Assembly: GCF_028368995.1 (NCBI RefSeq)
Contig: NZ_JAQNDL010000001.1
Location: 1,696,001 to 1,760,000, forward strand
From: Nannocystis bainbridge
Lineage (GTDB): Bacteria; Myxococcota_A; Polyangia; Nannocystales; Nannocystaceae
Direction of reading: 5' to 3'
DNA: 64,000 nucleotides
The position numbers and the translations under genes were made by a program. Of the stretch, positions 46,123-57,419 are shown one piece after another (position 1 is the first letter of the stretch; every line of letters starts with the position of its first letter). Below the pieces are notes generated by a model. That model was not told where the DNA came from. It saw only the letters and a list, made by a program, of their open reading frames with translations, and did no database searches.

Positions 46123-47334
46123 ATGATCGTGCGCCTCCTCGGGCCCTCGTGCATCGCCGCCGGCCTCGTCCTCACCGGTTGCGGCGACGACGGCGGCCGC
46201 GGCGACAGCACCGCGACGACGCAGCCGGGCACCGCCTCGACCGCGAGCCCCACGAGCGAGCCGACGACCTCGACGTCCTCGACGTCTTCGACCTCCTCGA
46301 CCACCGCGCTGCCGACCGGCACCACCGACGACACCGCGACGACCGGGCCGGTCGCGACCACCACGACCGACGCGACCAGCACGACGACCACCGGCGCGAG
46401 CACGACCCTCGACACCGAGGGCACCACTGGCAGTTGCCTCGACGTCCTGCCGACCCCGGCCGGGCCCGAGGCCGTGCTCGCGGCCGAGTACGCCGCCGAT
46501 TACGTCGCCTACGACCTCGGCCCGGTGCCCAGGGACGGCGGCGGCGTGCTGCCGCGGCTCGGCGGCCTCGTCGTGTTCCCCGACGATCCGCTCATGGCCT
46601 ACGTCGTCGGTCCCTCGGAGGTCGACGCCGCCGAGCTGCACGTGGTGCCGCTCGAGCGTGGCCCGTGCGGCCACATCATCGGCTTCGGGGGCGGCGCGGT
46701 GAAGCTGCTCGGCTCGCCCTACCTCGACCTGATGACCAATGGCCCGAAGGGGGTCGTGTTCATCTCGCACTACCCGACCAACATGCTGTCGCAGATCGTG
46801 CCTGGCGCCCCGGCGCTGGCCAGCACCATCGATCTCGGGCCGCTCGGCGTCGAGGCCACGTGGAGCCCGGGCGGCCTCAACTTCGTGCCGCCCGGCTACC
46901 CCGACGCCGGCATGCTGCGGATCATGGGCTACCCGTACATGCAACAGAACTCGGTGATGGGCTCGTGGTACCGCGCCGACATCACTTACAACGGCACGTC
47001 CTACGACATCGCCCCGGTCGAGAAGACGGTCGAGCTCCCGGGCGGCCCCGGCGGGTTCGCGTACATCCCCGCGGGCTCGCCCGGGTTCCCCGAGCAGCGC
47101 ATCATGGTCACCGAGTGGCTGACCCAGCCGCGCCGCGTCTCCTCCTACGCTGTCGACGCCGAGGGCGACCCGATCGTCGACTCGCACAAGCCGTTCTTCG
47201 AGTCGTTCGTCAACCCGTGGGGCTCGTACTTCGAGCCCGAGACCGGCGATTACATCTTCCTGCAGTGGGAGGCCCAGCCGGACCACGTGTATATCGTCCA
47301 GGGCTTCGTGCCCCCGCCGCCGATCCCCGGGTGA
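46123..47334 (+). CDS. Lipoprotein with a Thr/Ser-rich linker and a probable beta-propeller domain
   Basis: Lipobox LTGC, about 80 aa of T/S linker and a globular beta-rich domain. Confidence 0.8.
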   Translation: MIVRLLGPSCIAAGLVLTGCGDDGGRGDSTATTQPGTASTASPTSEPTTSTSSTSSTSSTTALPTGTTDDTATTGPVATTTTDATSTTTTGASTTLDTEGTTGSCLDVLPTPAGPEAVLAAEYAADYVAYDLGPVPRDGGGVLPRLGGLVVFPDDPLMAYVVGPSEVDAAELHVVPLERGPCGHIIGFGGGAVKLLGSPYLDLMTNGPKGVVFISHYPTNMLSQIVPGAPALASTIDLGPLGVEATWSPGGLNFVPPGYPDAGMLRIMGYPYMQQNSVMGSWYRADITYNGTSYDIAPVEKTVELPGGPGGFAYIPAGSPGFPEQRIMVTEWLTQPRRVSSYAVDAEGDPIVDSHKPFFESFVNPWGSYFEPETGDYIFLQWEAQPDHVYIVQGFVPPPPIPG

Positions 47335-47440
47335 GCGGGCCGCAGCGATGACTCCGCGACGACTTCCGCGCGCCCTCCTGGCACAGTCCTGAAGTCGCGC
47401 CCCGCGGCGCCCGTCGGCCCGTGGTACAGTGCCTGCAATC

Positions 47441-47863
47441 ATGGCGTCGAGCTCGAGCGGGACCATGCGGCTGACGCGAGAGGGGGACATCGTCCATCTC
47501 CAGATCTGCGGCCCGCTCGACCTCGGCCGGGCCACGCAGATGCTCGAGCTCGTGGGCCAGGTCCAGCGCGAGACGGGCCGGGCCTACCTGCTCGCCGACC
47601 TGACCCAGCTCGAAGGCATCCCGGCCGATGCGCGGCGCGCCATCGGCGAGTGGAGCAAGACGAATATCGCCACCGCCGCCGCGCTGTACGGGGCCAACTT
47701 CGCCGCGCGCACGTTGACGAGCCTGCTGTACCAGGCGGTGCGGATAGTCGGCAACAAGCAGTTCGAGCTGGAGTTCGCCCGCGACGAGGCCGCGGGGCGC
47801 CGCTGGCTCGACGCCCATCGCGCCAGCCACGGCGGCGAAGGTCCACGAGGCGAGCCTGCCTGA
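47441..47863 (+). CDS. STAS/SEC14 (SpoIIAA-like) domain protein
   Basis: YLLADLTQL...ADARRAI...YGANFAAR...FARDEAAGRRWLD, a pattern common in myxobacteria. Confidence 0.8.
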   Translation: MASSSSGTMRLTREGDIVHLQICGPLDLGRATQMLELVGQVQRETGRAYLLADLTQLEGIPADARRAIGEWSKTNIATAAALYGANFAARTLTSLLYQAVRIVGNKQFELEFARDEAAGRRWLDAHRASHGGEGPRGEPA

Positions 47864-47991
47864 GATCGATGCGCGTCGGAAGACGCGGGGTCTGGAGAGC
47901 TGGGTGACGGCGGGCACGGAGCGGCGTAGCGGTCCCTCGCCACGGCGGGGCCCTCCCAGGCAACGTGCTCGGCGCCCTCGGGCTTCGATGG

Positions 47992-48016
47992 CAATATGTC
48001 TCTTGGGACATGTTCG
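47992..48016. repeat. RRACATGTYY pair
   Basis: Cores at 47995 and 48009, 14 bp apart. Confidence 0.6.
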
Positions 48017-48595
48017 TATGTGCTTCGGCGATTGAGGGGCATGCGCGCCGGCGTCGGCGTGCCCGCACATGAGAAGGCGTGGCGGCCGGCTCGCCTCGCT
48101 CGATGCTCGCGCGCTTGCGAGGACGCGGGTCGCCGCGCTCGCCTCGCGCGCTGTCATCACTCCAGCGCGCTGGTTCCGAGTCGCTCGCCCGCATCGTCAC
48201 ACGACCGACCTGGACCGTCCGAGTTTGTGATGAGCGGGACCCCCGCAGATCGGCCGACTCGCGTCAGTGTCCACGGCGCCGACTGGCACGATCTCGACTC
48301 ACCCCGGCAGCCTGCATCGGGCGGTGGATGTGGCATCGCGCTCGCGTACACTCGCCCGTGCTTCGCGTCTGCCGCGGTCCTGCTCGCTCGCGCGCGACAT
48401 GGTTCCATGGGCCCGTCTTGTGGTCGTGAAACCTCGCGCGGACTGGTGCGACATTTGTCCGATCAGGACCTCACGAGAGGCGTCGAGGAGCCGGTCATGC
48501 GAGGACCGAATGCACGCCTGCCGCACACCCTGACGTTTCGCCGTGACGAAGCTGCTTTCGGCTGGCGTCGCCTTTGTGGTATCTTTACGCAGTTC

Positions 48596-48946
48596 ATGGC
48601 CTCGGCCGCGGCTGCAAAGGGGAGATCGGTGTTGGCGCTGCTCATCGCAGCGTTCACGCTCCTGTTTTCTGCCGCGCCGGACTCGCTCTGGACGGCGGAG
48701 CACGGCGCTGATGACAGCACCGTCTCCGTCGCGGGGCAGCATGACGGCTCCCTGGTCTCGCGGCACGAGCAGTCCTCCGTGCCTTCGCCGCGCCGCGATC
48801 GGAGCAACCCGGACCCCGTGCGGTTCGACCCTGTCATGGTGGTCGATCACGCATGGGACCCGTGGCCGACGCCGATAACGAGCGTGACCGCCGGGATGCG
48901 CCGTATTCGCAGTCAGCACGCGCGTGGCCCGCCGGCCGTCGGCTGA
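48596..48946 (+). CDS. Small exported leader protein ending in RGPP (candidate ribosome-arrest peptide)
   Basis: Signal-like N-terminus (KGRSVLALLIAAFTLLFSAA), disordered middle, C-terminus RRIRSQHARGPPAVG-stop, and position directly upstream of a co-oriented operon. Confidence 0.68.
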   Translation: MASAAAAKGRSVLALLIAAFTLLFSAAPDSLWTAEHGADDSTVSVAGQHDGSLVSRHEQSSVPSPRRDRSNPDPVRFDPVMVVDHAWDPWPTPITSVTAGMRRIRSQHARGPPAVG

Positions 48947-49170
48947 CTTCGTGACGCTCGTGGAGCCCTACGCTCCGTGACCGCCGAAGTCCGCGAATCG
49001 CAGCCGACGACGACAGCCTGAGAACCAGGTCCCTGGCCACCCTTCGGGTGATACGCGCCATGCCGCATCGACGTGCCGTCGACAGCGCCTTGGGCCGTCA
49101 CCACTCCTGCGACAACGAGCCCCCCGACGCATGGGGCCACGCCCGAGCCTTGCCCGAAATCGACCCTTCG

Positions 49171-51242
49171 ATGACTGACCAAACGCGAGTGTCCGCCCGC
49201 GTGCTCGAGCTCCTCGCGGAGAGCGCCGGCCACGGACTGTCGCTGCACCTGGCCCACGAGGCCGCCCGCAGCGTCCGCTTCAACGACGGCGACTGGCTCG
49301 GGCCGGCGGCCAAGGCCCTGCGCCGGGCCGGGCTCAAGGCGTCTCGCTTCGCCTTCGACGGCCCGCGCGAGCTCCTGCGCCTGCGCACGCTCGAGACCCC
49401 GGCGGTCACCCGCGTCGGCAAGCGCTGGCTCCTGATGCTCGGCGAGCGCGCCGGCGTGCTCGACCTGCGCGTCGTCGACGACCTCGGCGAGCAGGTGCTG
49501 CCGCTGCGCGGGCCGGCGCTGGCCGGCTGGCTCGCCGACCACGGCGCGACCTGGCCGCTGACCTGGCTGGCGGTCGAGCCGCAGCTCATGTACGCCGCCC
49601 TGACGCAGGCGCCGACCGACGCGCGCCGGCTGCTGCGGGCCCTCCGGCTCGAGCGCCGCGGGATCTACGTCGTGCTCGTCTACGGCGTCGCCATCGCCGC
49701 GGCCTCGCTCGCCGTCCCGCTGGCCACCCAGGCGCTGGTCAACACGATCTCGGCCACGGCGATGCTCGACCAGATCGTGATCCTGGCGATCTTGCTGGCG
49801 TTGACGCTGAGCGCGGTCGCGTTCCTGCGGGTGCTGCAGCTGGTGGCCGTCGAGCGGATCCACCGCCGCTGGTGGGTGCGCGGCGCGACCGACTGGATCC
49901 GGCGCATGGGCCAGACGTCGCGCGCGGCCCGGCAGTCGGCCTCGACCCGCGACCTGACCAACCGCTTCCTCGACGTCGCCATGCTGCAAAAAGACGTCGC
50001 GGCGCTGCTGCTGAACGGCTCGTCGCTGGTGCTGGTGATGCTGGCCAGCCTGGTGCTGCTGGGCTTCTACCACCCGGTCCTGCTGGCCTTCGACGCGGTG
50101 CTGATCTTCAGCATCGGCGCCGTCCTGCTCGCCGGCATCGGCGCGACCGCCGGGGCCAAGCGCGAGGCCAGCGCGCGCTGGGCCGTGTTCGCGTGGATGG
50201 ACGAGGTCGCCGGCGGCCGCCTCACCTTCTCGAACCCCCGCGGCCGCGCCCTCGCCGACGGCCGCGGCGAGTTCCTGATCCGCGACTGGCTGGACGCGCG
50301 CGGCCGCTACTTCAAGCCGCTGCTCCGCCACGTGATCGCCGGCGCCGGCCTCGAGGTCATCGCCACCGTCGCGGTGCTGGCGATCGGCGGCTCGCTGGTG
50401 ATCCAGGGCGAGCTCGAGCTCGGCCAGCTGGTGGCGGCCTCGGTCCTGGTGTCGCAGATCGGCTCCGGCGTCGGCCGCCTCGGCCGCCAGCTCGACCCGA
50501 TCTACGAGGGCATCGCCTCGGTCGCGTCGATGGGCAAGGCCCTCGACGCCGACCTCGAGCCGAGCGGCGGCGAGGTCCTGCCGCGCCGCCCCGTCCCGCT
50601 CGGGCTCGAGCTGGTCGACGACGCCGGCACCGTGGTCCTGGCCCTCAAGCCCGGCGAGCGCGCGGCGCTGGTCGGCGCCACCGACAGCCACAGCCGCGTG
50701 CTCGACCTGATCTACGGGTTCTTCGGCCGCACCTGGCTGCCGAACCTGTCGGCCCGGCTCGACGGCCACGACGTGCACCTGCTCGAGCTCGAGAGCCTGC
50801 GCGACCAGGTCGCGCTGGTCCGCGGCGGCGAGATCGTGGCCACCACCGCGCTGCAGAACCTCGTCGGCGCCAACTGGACCGGCCACGCCTCCGAGCTCGA
50901 TACACTGCTCGACCTCGTCGACCTCCAGCCCGCGCTGCAGCGGCTCCCCAACGCCCTGCAAGAGGAGCTGCTGCCCGACGGCGACGCCGGTCCGCTGACC
51001 GAGACCGAGGTCCGCCGGGTCGTGCTGGTGCGAGCCCTGATCGCCGCCCCGCGGCTGCTGCTGCTCGACCTCGGGCTCGACCGCCTCGGCCTGGCGGCCC
51101 CGCGGCGCGCCGCCCTGCTCGACTGGATCTTCGACCGCCGCCGACCGTGGACCGTGCTCGTCGTCACCGACAGCGTCCACAGCCGCGACATCCTGGCCCG
51201 CTGCGACCAACAACAAGCGATCCGTATCGGAGGGAGCGAGCG

Positions 51243-51246
<4 letters not shown>
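49171..51246 (+). CDS. T1SS-type ABC transporter (C39-like domain, TMD, degenerate NBD)
   Basis: HlyB/PCAT architecture. Walker A reads GATDSHSR, signature LTETE, Walker B LLLLDLG and switch VVTD. Confidence 0.85.
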
Positions 51247-52565
<1,319 letters not shown>

Positions 52566-52566
52566 G

Positions 52567-54306
52567 ATGTCGACGCGAACCCTGCGACTCGCGAGCGCGG
52601 CCCTCCTGGGCGCCGGCCTGGTGGTGCCCGTCTCGGCAGCAGCCGCGGCGACCCCGCCCGCGACGGCCTCGACCCGGACAACCCCGGCCCCGACCCCGCC
52701 CCCCGGCCTCGCGCCGGCCCCGACCCCGACGGCCCCGACCCCCTCCCCGGTCCCGCGCGGCCGCACGCCGGCCACCATCCCTGAGAACCCGGTGCGAGAG
52801 GCCACCCGCGACCCCTCGCGCGACACCACACGCGACACCACGCGCGATCCGCCGCGGACCCCGGCGTGGGAGCCCGAGCCGCGCGAGCGGGCCGAGGAGG
52901 CCGCGCCGAAGGAGCGCCGCGGCCGGGTGCTGACATTGGCCGAGGTGCTCGACAGCGTCGAGCAACGCGACCCGCGGATGGAGGCCGCCGAGCTCGGGAT
53001 CCGCGGCGCGGAGGGCCAGGCCCGCTCGGCCCGCGGCACCTACGACCCGGTCCTGCGCGGCCGCGCCACGCTCGAGCCGATGTTCCGCAACGCCATCCTC
53101 GACACCCGCGTCGAGCAGCCGACGCCGCTGTGGGGCATGACCGCGTGGGTCGGCTGGCAGGTCGGCGTCGGCCGGCGGCCCTACTACAACACCACCCTCG
53201 ACAGCATCCTCGACATCGACGACCGCGTCGGCAGCCGCGACGTGCGCTCGACCGCCGGCACCCTGACGGCCGGGCTCACGCTGCCGCTGTGGCGCGACCG
53301 CAGCATCGACCGCCGGCGCGCCAACATCCGCCAGTCGAAGATGGAGACCGAGCGCATGCAGGAGGCCCGCGACGCCCGCCTGCTCGAGCTCGAGATCGAG
53401 GCGGCCACCAAGTACTGGACCTGGGTCGCCAACGGGCTCCGCCTCGAGATCGAGATGATGCTGCTCGACCTGGCGCAGACCCGCGACGAGGCGCTGCAGC
53501 GGCGCATCGAGCTCGGCGCCCTCGACCCGCTGGCCGGCGTCGACAACCAGCGCCTGATCCTCGACCGCGAGGGCCGCGTGGTCACGGCCGAGCGCGCGTT
53601 CCAGCAGGCCGGGCTCGAGCTGTCGCTGTACCTGCGCGACGCCAACGGCCAGCCGGTCGTGCCCGACCCCAACCGCCTGCCGAGCCGCCTGCCCGAGATG
53701 GTCAGCCCGGAGGCCGGCGGCAACATCGAGAGCGAGATCGGCGAGGCGCTCGAGCGCCGGCCCGACCGCAAGGCCCGCATGTTCCTCCGCTCGCAGGCCG
53801 AGGTCGAGCTGCGCTGGGCCAAGAACCAGCGCGCGCCGCGGGTCGAGCTGTCGGCCTGGGCCTCGCGCTACATGGGCCGGCCGCTGATCCCGGCCTTCAC
53901 CCGCAACGGCGCGGTAGTCTCGCTGCTGTTCGAGATCCCGATCCCGCTGCGAGCGTCCCGCGGCCAGCTCGAGGCGACCCGCGCGGCCGCCGAGAGCGTC
54001 GCCGCCGAGCTGCGCTTCCTCGACGACACGATCGCCGTGGCGATCCGCGACGGCCACTCCGCGCTGGTCGCCGCCTACCGCCGCGCCCGCCTGGCCAACC
54101 GCGAGGTCGAGCTGTCACGCCAGCTCGCGGCCTCCGAGTACCGCCGGTTCCAGCTCGGCGCCGGCGACCTGCTGCTCGTCAACCTGCGCGAGGTCGCCAG
54201 CGCCGACGCGGCCAACAACGAGATCCAGGCCGTCGCCGACTACTTCGTCGCCAAGGCGACGCTCGAGGTCTCGCTCGGGCGGGGCGTCCAGTCCGTGGCG
54301 CCGTGA
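52567..54306 (+). CDS. TolC-family outer membrane efflux protein with a Pro/Thr-rich N-terminal extension
   Basis: Signal peptide, LTLAEVL motif, two OEP helical repeats and RFQLGAGDLLLVNLRE. Confidence 0.9.
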   Translation: MSTRTLRLASAALLGAGLVVPVSAAAAATPPATASTRTTPAPTPPPGLAPAPTPTAPTPSPVPRGRTPATIPENPVREATRDPSRDTTRDTTRDPPRTPAWEPEPRERAEEAAPKERRGRVLTLAEVLDSVEQRDPRMEAAELGIRGAEGQARSARGTYDPVLRGRATLEPMFRNAILDTRVEQPTPLWGMTAWVGWQVGVGRRPYYNTTLDSILDIDDRVGSRDVRSTAGTLTAGLTLPLWRDRSIDRRRANIRQSKMETERMQEARDARLLELEIEAATKYWTWVANGLRLEIEMMLLDLAQTRDEALQRRIELGALDPLAGVDNQRLILDREGRVVTAERAFQQAGLELSLYLRDANGQPVVPDPNRLPSRLPEMVSPEAGGNIESEIGEALERRPDRKARMFLRSQAEVELRWAKNQRAPRVELSAWASRYMGRPLIPAFTRNGAVVSLLFEIPIPLRASRGQLEATRAAAESVAAELRFLDDTIAVAIRDGHSALVAAYRRARLANREVELSRQLAASEYRRFQLGAGDLLLVNLREVASADAANNEIQAVADYFVAKATLEVSLGRGVQSVAP

Positions 54307-54342
54307 GCCCTTCCGCCAATCCGCAAGTTCGAGAGGTCATCC

Positions 54343-56421
54343 GTGGAGCCGACACTGCAGACCAGCGTGGATGAAGCCGCACCGATCCCCGCGCGCGTGT
54401 TCCAGCTGCTCGCCGCGGCGACCGAGCAGAAGCTCGCGCCGCCGCCGACGCACGCGCCTCGCGAGGCGTTCGGGCTCGAGGCGTGGGACGTCGGCGCCGC
54501 CCGGGCGGTCCAGCAGGCGGGCCTCAAGGCCGCCCGCTTCAACATCGAGACCGCCGACGACCTGGCGCGCCTGTGCGCCCTCGATGCCCCGGCGTTCTCC
54601 CTGATCGGCGGCCGCTGGGTCGTGCTGCTCGGGACCCGCCGCGGCGCGCTCGACCTGGTGGTGATCGACGGCCGCAGCGAACGCCGCCAGCGCGTGCGCC
54701 CGGCCGAGCTGATGGCGTGGATGCAGCCCCGCGGAGCGCCGCGCCCGAGCCACCCGTGGCTGGCGATCGAGCCGCGGATGATGCTGGCGCCGCTGTCGTT
54801 CCCGCCGACCGAGTTCATCCGGTTGATGCGGACCTTCGTGCTCGAGAAGCGCGACGTGTACGTCATCAGCGTCTACGGCGCGGTCATGGCGGTCGTCTCG
54901 CTGGCGGTCCCGATCTCGGCCCAGGCGCTCGTCAACACCATCTCGGTCAACGCGCTGGCGCAGCCGATCTTGATGCTCTCGGTCATGTTGATGGTGGCCC
55001 TCGGCGCGATCGCGGTGCTGCGCGTGATGCAGTTCACGGTCGCCGAGCGGATCTACCGCCGCCTGTGGGTGCGCGGCGTGGCCGACTGGATCCGCCGCAC
55101 GTCCCGGGCCTCGCGAGAGTCGCGGCAGGAGATCTCGAACCGCGAGCTGTGCAACCGCTACATGGACATGCCGATCTTGCAGAAGGACTTCTGGTCGCTG
55201 CTGCTCGACGGCACCTCGCTGACGATGGTGAGCGGGGCCAGCCTGGTGCTGCTGGCGTTCTATCACCCGCTGCTGCTCGCGTTCGACGTCGTGCTGCTGG
55301 TCGGCATCGCCCTCGTGATGCTCGCGGGCCTCGGCGCCGAGGGGCGCGCGGTCTACGAGTCCCACACCAAGTGGTCGCTGTTCGGCTGGATCGACGACAT
55401 CGGCAACATGCGGATCGCGTTCTCGAACCCGCGCGGGCGGGCGCTGGCCGACGCCCAGGGCGAGGTGCTGGTGCGCAACTGGCTGCAGGCGCGCGGCAGC
55501 TATTACTCGACCCTGCTGCGCCACATCGTCACCGGCGCCGCGCTCGAGGTGCTGGCGACCGTCGGCGTGCTGGCGATCGGCGGCTGGCTGGTGATCTCGC
55601 GCGAGCTGACGCTCGGCCAGCTGGTGGCGGCGTCGGTGCTGGTGTCGCAGATCGGCGCCGGGGTCCGCGGCCTCGGGCAGCAGCTCGACCCGATCTACGA
55701 GGGCGTGGCCGCGATCGAGACCCTCGGCCGCACGCTCGACGCCAAGCTCGAGCCGCTCGGCGGCGAGGTCCTGCCGACGCTGGCGGGGCCGATGGCGGTC
55801 GACCTCAGCGTCGAACACACGCAGCTGGCGATCGAGCCCGGCCAGCGCGTCGGCCTGGTCGGCGGCAACGACGGCCACAGCCGCGTGCTCGACCTGCTCT
55901 ACGGGCTCTACGACCGCAAGCCGCCGGTGACGCTGGCGGGCCGCCTCGACGGCCGCGACGTCGCCCAGCTCGAGCTCGACAGCCTGCGCGGGCAGGTGGC
56001 CCTGGTCCGCGGCGGCGAGCTCGTGGGCGCGTCGCTGCTCGAGAACCTGGTCGGCCCCGACTGGCAGGGCGACCACACCGAGCTCGACGAGCTGCTCGAC
56101 CTCGTCGACCTCCGCACCACCGTGCTCGCCCTGCCCGGCGGCCTCGATCAAGAGCTGCTGCCCGACGGCGACGGCGGCCAGCTGAGCGAGGCGCAGATCC
56201 GCCGGGTGGTGCTGCTGCGCGCGCTGGTCACCCAGCCCCGCCTGCTGCTGATCGATCAGGGCCTCGACCGGCTCGACCTCACCCCGCCGCAGCGCACGGC
56301 CCTGCTCGACTGGGTCTTCGACCGCGCCCGCCCGTGGACCCTGCTCGTCGTCACCGACAGCGTCGAGAGCGACGAGCTGCTGGCCCGCTGCGACATGCAG
56401 CACGCGCTCGACGCGGCGTGA
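54343..56421 (+). CDS. Second T1SS-type ABC transporter, paralog of 49171-51246, with degenerate NBD
   Basis: Walker A reads GGNDGHSR, signature LSEAQ, Walker B LLLIDQG and switch VVTD. Colinear similarity to the first ABC. Confidence 0.85.
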   Translation: MEPTLQTSVDEAAPIPARVFQLLAAATEQKLAPPPTHAPREAFGLEAWDVGAARAVQQAGLKAARFNIETADDLARLCALDAPAFSLIGGRWVVLLGTRRGALDLVVIDGRSERRQRVRPAELMAWMQPRGAPRPSHPWLAIEPRMMLAPLSFPPTEFIRLMRTFVLEKRDVYVISVYGAVMAVVSLAVPISAQALVNTISVNALAQPILMLSVMLMVALGAIAVLRVMQFTVAERIYRRLWVRGVADWIRRTSRASRESRQEISNRELCNRYMDMPILQKDFWSLLLDGTSLTMVSGASLVLLAFYHPLLLAFDVVLLVGIALVMLAGLGAEGRAVYESHTKWSLFGWIDDIGNMRIAFSNPRGRALADAQGEVLVRNWLQARGSYYSTLLRHIVTGAALEVLATVGVLAIGGWLVISRELTLGQLVAASVLVSQIGAGVRGLGQQLDPIYEGVAAIETLGRTLDAKLEPLGGEVLPTLAGPMAVDLSVEHTQLAIEPGQRVGLVGGNDGHSRVLDLLYGLYDRKPPVTLAGRLDGRDVAQLELDSLRGQVALVRGGELVGASLLENLVGPDWQGDHTELDELLDLVDLRTTVLALPGGLDQELLPDGDGGQLSEAQIRRVVLLRALVTQPRLLLIDQGLDRLDLTPPQRTALLDWVFDRARPWTLLVVTDSVESDELLARCDMQHALDAA

Positions 56422-56699
56422 ACGACGGCGGCGCTGCCCCCGAGGCAGCGCCGACTTCGAGAGGCGCGACTGCTCGCGGTCTTCGGAGCATCGACCTGGT
56501 GACCGGCCTCGTCCCGGTCGGCGCGCCCGTCGCAGCCGTCGAAGCTCGGCGCAGTGACTCATCGCGCGGGTCGGGCCGGCTTCGCCGACCACCCTCCGGC
56601 GCGACGCTGATGGGTCGTCGAACGAGCGAGCAGCACCGAGCGCCGCGCCGCGCCGCCTGCAGGTTGACGGCGGGTCCGCGGGTCGCTCATCGTCGGAGC

Positions 56700-57113
56700 A
56701 TGGCTTGGATCGCGCTGCCCCTTGTCTTGTCCCTGGTCGCCCCCGCCCCGCCGCCGCAGGCCGAGGGTCCACCGCTCGACGCATGGGAGCTCGCGCAGCG
56801 CGACAAGCAGATCAAGCTCGGGTGGGAGCAGCGTGAGCGCCGGCTCAAGTTCGGGACCGGGCTTTTCGGCGTGTTGACGGGCGTGTCACTGGTCTCGGCC
56901 GCGGCGCTCATCCCGCTGTCGGGCAGCAGCGATCCCAGCTTCGATTGCGTCGGAAGATGCCCGCCAGATCCGATGATGACCACGGGCATCGTCATGGCGG
57001 TCGTCTGCACCGGCTCGATCGCGGCGACAGCCGTGCTCGGCGTCAAGCTGACCCGGCACCGACGCGCTCGCCCGGTCCAGGTCGGTCTCGGGGGCCTTCG
57101 CGTGGCGTTCTGA
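56700..57113 (+). CDS. Small exported/membrane protein with a terminal beta-strand ending in Phe
   Basis: GGAG upstream, signal peptide, two hydrophobic helices and C-terminal GLGGLRVAF. Confidence 0.65.
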   Translation: MAWIALPLVLSLVAPAPPPQAEGPPLDAWELAQRDKQIKLGWEQRERRLKFGTGLFGVLTGVSLVSAAALIPLSGSSDPSFDCVGRCPPDPMMTTGIVMAVVCTGSIAATAVLGVKLTRHRRARPVQVGLGGLRVAF

Positions 57114-57419
57114 GCATCGCCGACCGCCGTCGCCGCGCGAGTCCGTCGTCGCGCGCAGCTCGCTCGTCGCTCGCTGCAGCGGCCCGGGTCACGTCGAGCT
57201 CGGCGATTGCCGATGCAGTTGCGTGCGCCGGTCCGTCCTCGCGCACAGATCGACCCGGCGACGATCGCTGCCGAGGTTCGCGTTCGCTGAGGATCAGAGC
57301 GGGCTGCTTCGCCAGCGATGCGGCGGCTTCGCGCGACCGGATTAAATGCCGCGAGCCGGTCGCCCAGGGGTGAGGGGCGACCGGCTCGCGGTGGGGTCAG
57401 TTCGGCCAGGGAGTCTCGA

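Noticed and set aside
47996-48595. N-terminal 200 codons of the 316-aa ORF 47996-48946
   Set aside because: The start lies inside a palindrome pair and the translation is not protein-like. Only the part from 48596 has a coherent signal-spacer-RGPP layout.
49872-51242. 897-aa ORF suggesting a long N-terminal extension on HlyD
   Set aside because: The extension overlaps ABC1 out of frame. The real start is the ATGA overlap at 51243.
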